Source: an uncultured bacterium
GTDB taxonomy: Bacteria > JAGOEH01
Direction of reading: 5' to 3'
Assembly (NCBI GenBank): GCA_964632485.1
Contig: CAZWDO010000009.1
Location: 134,319 to 154,318 of the forward strand
Length of the DNA: 20,000 bases
Shown here one piece after another: positions 17,819-20,000 of the stretch (position 1 is its first letter; each line of letters begins with the position of its first letter). A program made the position numbers and the translations under genes. The notes under the pieces are model-generated. The model searched no databases, was not told the origin of the DNA, and saw only the letters and a list, made by a program, of their open reading frames with translations.

Positions 17819-19645
17819 ATGGATGATACGTACATATTAGGTATTTCAGCGTTTTATCACGATAGCGCGGCGGCTTTGCTGCACGATGGCGAGATTGTGG
17901 CGGCTGCTCAACTGGAACGCTTCAATCGCAAGAAACAGGATTACCGCTTCCCCAGGGAAGCCGTTGAATATTGCCTGAAAGCGGGAAAAATCGGAATTGA
18001 TCAGGTCGATTACGTGGCCTTTTACGACAAACCGTTCATCAAGTTTGAACGTATCCTGGAAAGCTACCTGACAACGGCTCCTTTCGGTATCAAATCCTTT
18101 CTCAAGGCCATCCCGGTATGGGTCAAGCAAAAACTGTGGATTTCGGAATTGATCAAGGATGAATTGGGTTTCAGCGGAAAAGTCCTCTTCACGGAACACC
18201 ACGAATCCCATGCGGCATCGGCATTTTTTCCATCCCCGTTCCAGGAAGCGGCCTTTATCACCTTTGATGGCGTGGGCGAATGGACAACCACTTCCTGGGG
18301 CGCGGCCCAGGACAATCAACTGCGCATCCATTCGGAAATTCATTTCCCACATTCCCTTGGACTTTTATATTCGGCTCTTACCTATTATACGGGATTCAAG
18401 GTCAATTCCGGCGAATATAAGGTCATGGGACTGGCTCCTTATGGCCGGCCGATCTATGTGCAGGCCATCCTTGAAAATCTGATCGATGTCAAGGAGGATG
18501 GTTCGTTTCGGATGAATATGGATTATTTCGACTATATCTCCGGTCTGACCATGACCAATCGTAAATTCGATAAGCTTTTCGGCGGTTCGCCGCGCGAACC
18601 GGAATCAAACCTGACGCAGAAGGAAATGGACATCGCCCGTTCGCTGCAGGAGGTGACTGAATTGGTGATGCTCAGATGCGCGCGGCATGTGCGCAAGGAA
18701 ACGGGAATGAAAAATCTCTGCCTGGCGGGCGGCGTGGCTCTTAATTGTGTCGGCAATGGCAAGATATTAGCGGAAAAGATTTTTGATCATATCTGGATTC
18801 AGCCGGCTGCCGGCGATGCGGGAGGCGCCCTGGGAGCCGCGTTGATGATCCATTATCAGTATCTCGGCAATCCCCGCAAAAACGATCCTTTGCGCGATTC
18901 GCAAAAAGGGTCTTATCTGGGACCCGATTTCCCCAACGAAGAAATCGAAAAGTTTCTCAAGAAGAAAGGTTTTCCCTATCGGAAGCTGTCAGATTCCGAA
19001 CTATACGAGACAGTGAGCGATTACATGATCGAGGAGAAGGTGGTCGGCTGGTTCCAGGGCCGGATGGAATATGGTCCGCGCGCCCTGGGAAATCGCAGTA
19101 TTGTCGGCGATGCGCGTTCGCCCAAAATGCAGTCGATTATGAATCTGAAGATCAAGTACCGGGAATCGTTCCGTCCTTTCGCGCCAACTATCATGGAAGA
19201 GTATATTTCCGATTATTTCGAAATCGATTGTCCGTCGCCCTATATGTTGTTGGTGGCCGATGTGAAAAAGGATAAGCAATTGCCGGTGCCGGAAGACAAG
19301 AAAAATTTGTGGGGCATTGATCTGTTAAATATTCCCAAATCCACCATCCCGGCCATCACGCATGTGGATTATTCGGCGCGGATTCAATCGGTGAACGAGG
19401 AGACCAATCCCCGCTACTACCGGCTTATTCAGGCGTTTTACCGGAAAACGGGTTGTCCGGTCATTATCAACACGTCGTTCAACGTGCGCGGTGAACCCAT
19501 TGTCTGCGCGCCCAGCGAAGCCTATACCTGTTTTATGCGCACGGAAATGGATTATCTGGTGTTGGGCAACTGTGTGCTGGATAAACGAGAGCAGCCGGAA
19601 TTCAAGGATTTGAAGGACTGGCGCAAGGAATTCGAACTGGATTGA
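17819..19645 (+). CDS. Carbamoyltransferase, NodU/CmcH/TobZ family (SxtI-like subgroup)
   Basis: YHDSAA; HHESHA; DGVGE; EYKVMGLAPYG; AGGVALNC; PAAGDAG; GPRALGNRS; KYRESFRPFAP; HVDYSARIQ; NTSFN; ends in EFELD. Confidence 0.95.
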   Translation: MDDTYILGISAFYHDSAAALLHDGEIVAAAQLERFNRKKQDYRFPREAVEYCLKAGKIGIDQVDYVAFYDKPFIKFERILESYLTTAPFGIKSFLKAIPVWVKQKLWISELIKDELGFSGKVLFTEHHESHAASAFFPSPFQEAAFITFDGVGEWTTTSWGAAQDNQLRIHSEIHFPHSLGLLYSALTYYTGFKVNSGEYKVMGLAPYGRPIYVQAILENLIDVKEDGSFRMNMDYFDYISGLTMTNRKFDKLFGGSPREPESNLTQKEMDIARSLQEVTELVMLRCARHVRKETGMKNLCLAGGVALNCVGNGKILAEKIFDHIWIQPAAGDAGGALGAALMIHYQYLGNPRKNDPLRDSQKGSYLGPDFPNEEIEKFLKKKGFPYRKLSDSELYETVSDYMIEEKVVGWFQGRMEYGPRALGNRSIVGDARSPKMQSIMNLKIKYRESFRPFAPTIMEEYISDYFEIDCPSPYMLLVADVKKDKQLPVPEDKKNLWGIDLLNIPKSTIPAITHVDYSARIQSVNEETNPRYYRLIQAFYRKTGCPVIINTSFNVRGEPIVCAPSEAYTCFMRTEMDYLVLGNCVLDKREQPEFKDLKDWRKEFELD

Positions 19646-19956
19646 AAGCTAGAATATAGCTCTTTGGCGAGTTGCCGGGCGCTTATCTGGAGGGATTGAT
19701 TAAACTGAAATCCATGAGGCGTAAGAAAACAAGTGAGTTAAGACGCTTATGCGCTGCGCTGGGAGTGAACGACTGAAAAAAGGCGTTATCAGGATCGAAT
19801 TTATAATGATACCGCCCGGAAAGCGCTGCGGTTTCAACTGTGTTCATTCATAAAAGCATTGGAAATATGGAAAATCCAGTATGGCAGACAATTCTAAAGC
19901 CAAATATTATAACTCAATAGAAGAATAAAAACCGATCCAAACGCGGGAAAGCATAT

Positions 19957-20000
19957 ATGGAGATCGTCAATCCTCACGACAAGCTATTCAAGGAAGTCTT
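19957..20000 (+). CDS. Rpn/YhgA-like recombination-promoting nuclease / putative transposase (5' end only)
   Basis: ATG 19957 gives MEIVNPHDKLFKEV, matching the N-terminal PHDxxFK signature of the Transposase_31 family. Only 14 codons are visible. Confidence 0.7.
   Translation, partial: MEIVNPHDKLFKEV

Noticed and set aside
17846..19279. Alternative-frame and antisense ORFs within the carbamoyltransferase
   Set aside because: Fully nested in a well-supported gene; expected by chance in GC-richer DNA.
17819..19645. Saxitoxin, Nod-factor or antibiotic biosynthesis
   Set aside because: No sxtA, nodABC or other pathway genes are in the window; the context is surface-glycan modification.
19660..19775. 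LFGELPGAYLEGLIKL as a remnant of an Rpn-associated C-terminal domain
   Set aside because: The resemblance is too short and weak to support without a search.
1..20000. CRISPR array, tRNA, rRNA, ops/JUMPStart element
   Set aside because: No regularly spaced repeats or RNA-gene signatures were seen. The nearest ops-like string (CCGGTAG near 17802) is not an exact GGCGGTAG.

Overview
Mosaic surface-polysaccharide (O-antigen/capsule/glycan) biosynthesis and decoration locus; all intact genes are on the + strand. Order: 5'-partial Wzx-type flippase, Zn-ribbon SAM methyltransferase, WbmS/NodB-fold deacetylase-like gene, LpxD-like acyltransferase, an unlisted degenerate IS630 remnant (~3750-4050), then an MBOAT (C-terminal FIYVQF motif) / SGNH / GT-C glycosyltransferase module. 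Next is a mobile-element scar: a decayed ISL3 (7999-9431), an internal tyrosine-recombinase fragment, and an apparently intact IS3-family element (9760-11334). The IS3 has a perfect 21-bp leader hairpin, an A10 frameshift site and a candidate outward promoter. A very AT-rich block follows (UXS-like SDR, FAD oxidoreductase, two methyltransferases, GT-C/Wzy-like membrane protein, SGNH pseudogene), then a clearly more GC-rich NodU/CmcH carbamoyltransferase and the first codons of an Rpn/YhgA-like gene. The most interesting theme is a concentration of glycan-tailoring chemistry (acyl, carbamoyl, methyl, lipid-linked sugar) with a Tyr-motif acyl relay, assembled from blocks joined at IS scars that lack target duplications. 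All calls come from motif recognition by eye; no searches were run.
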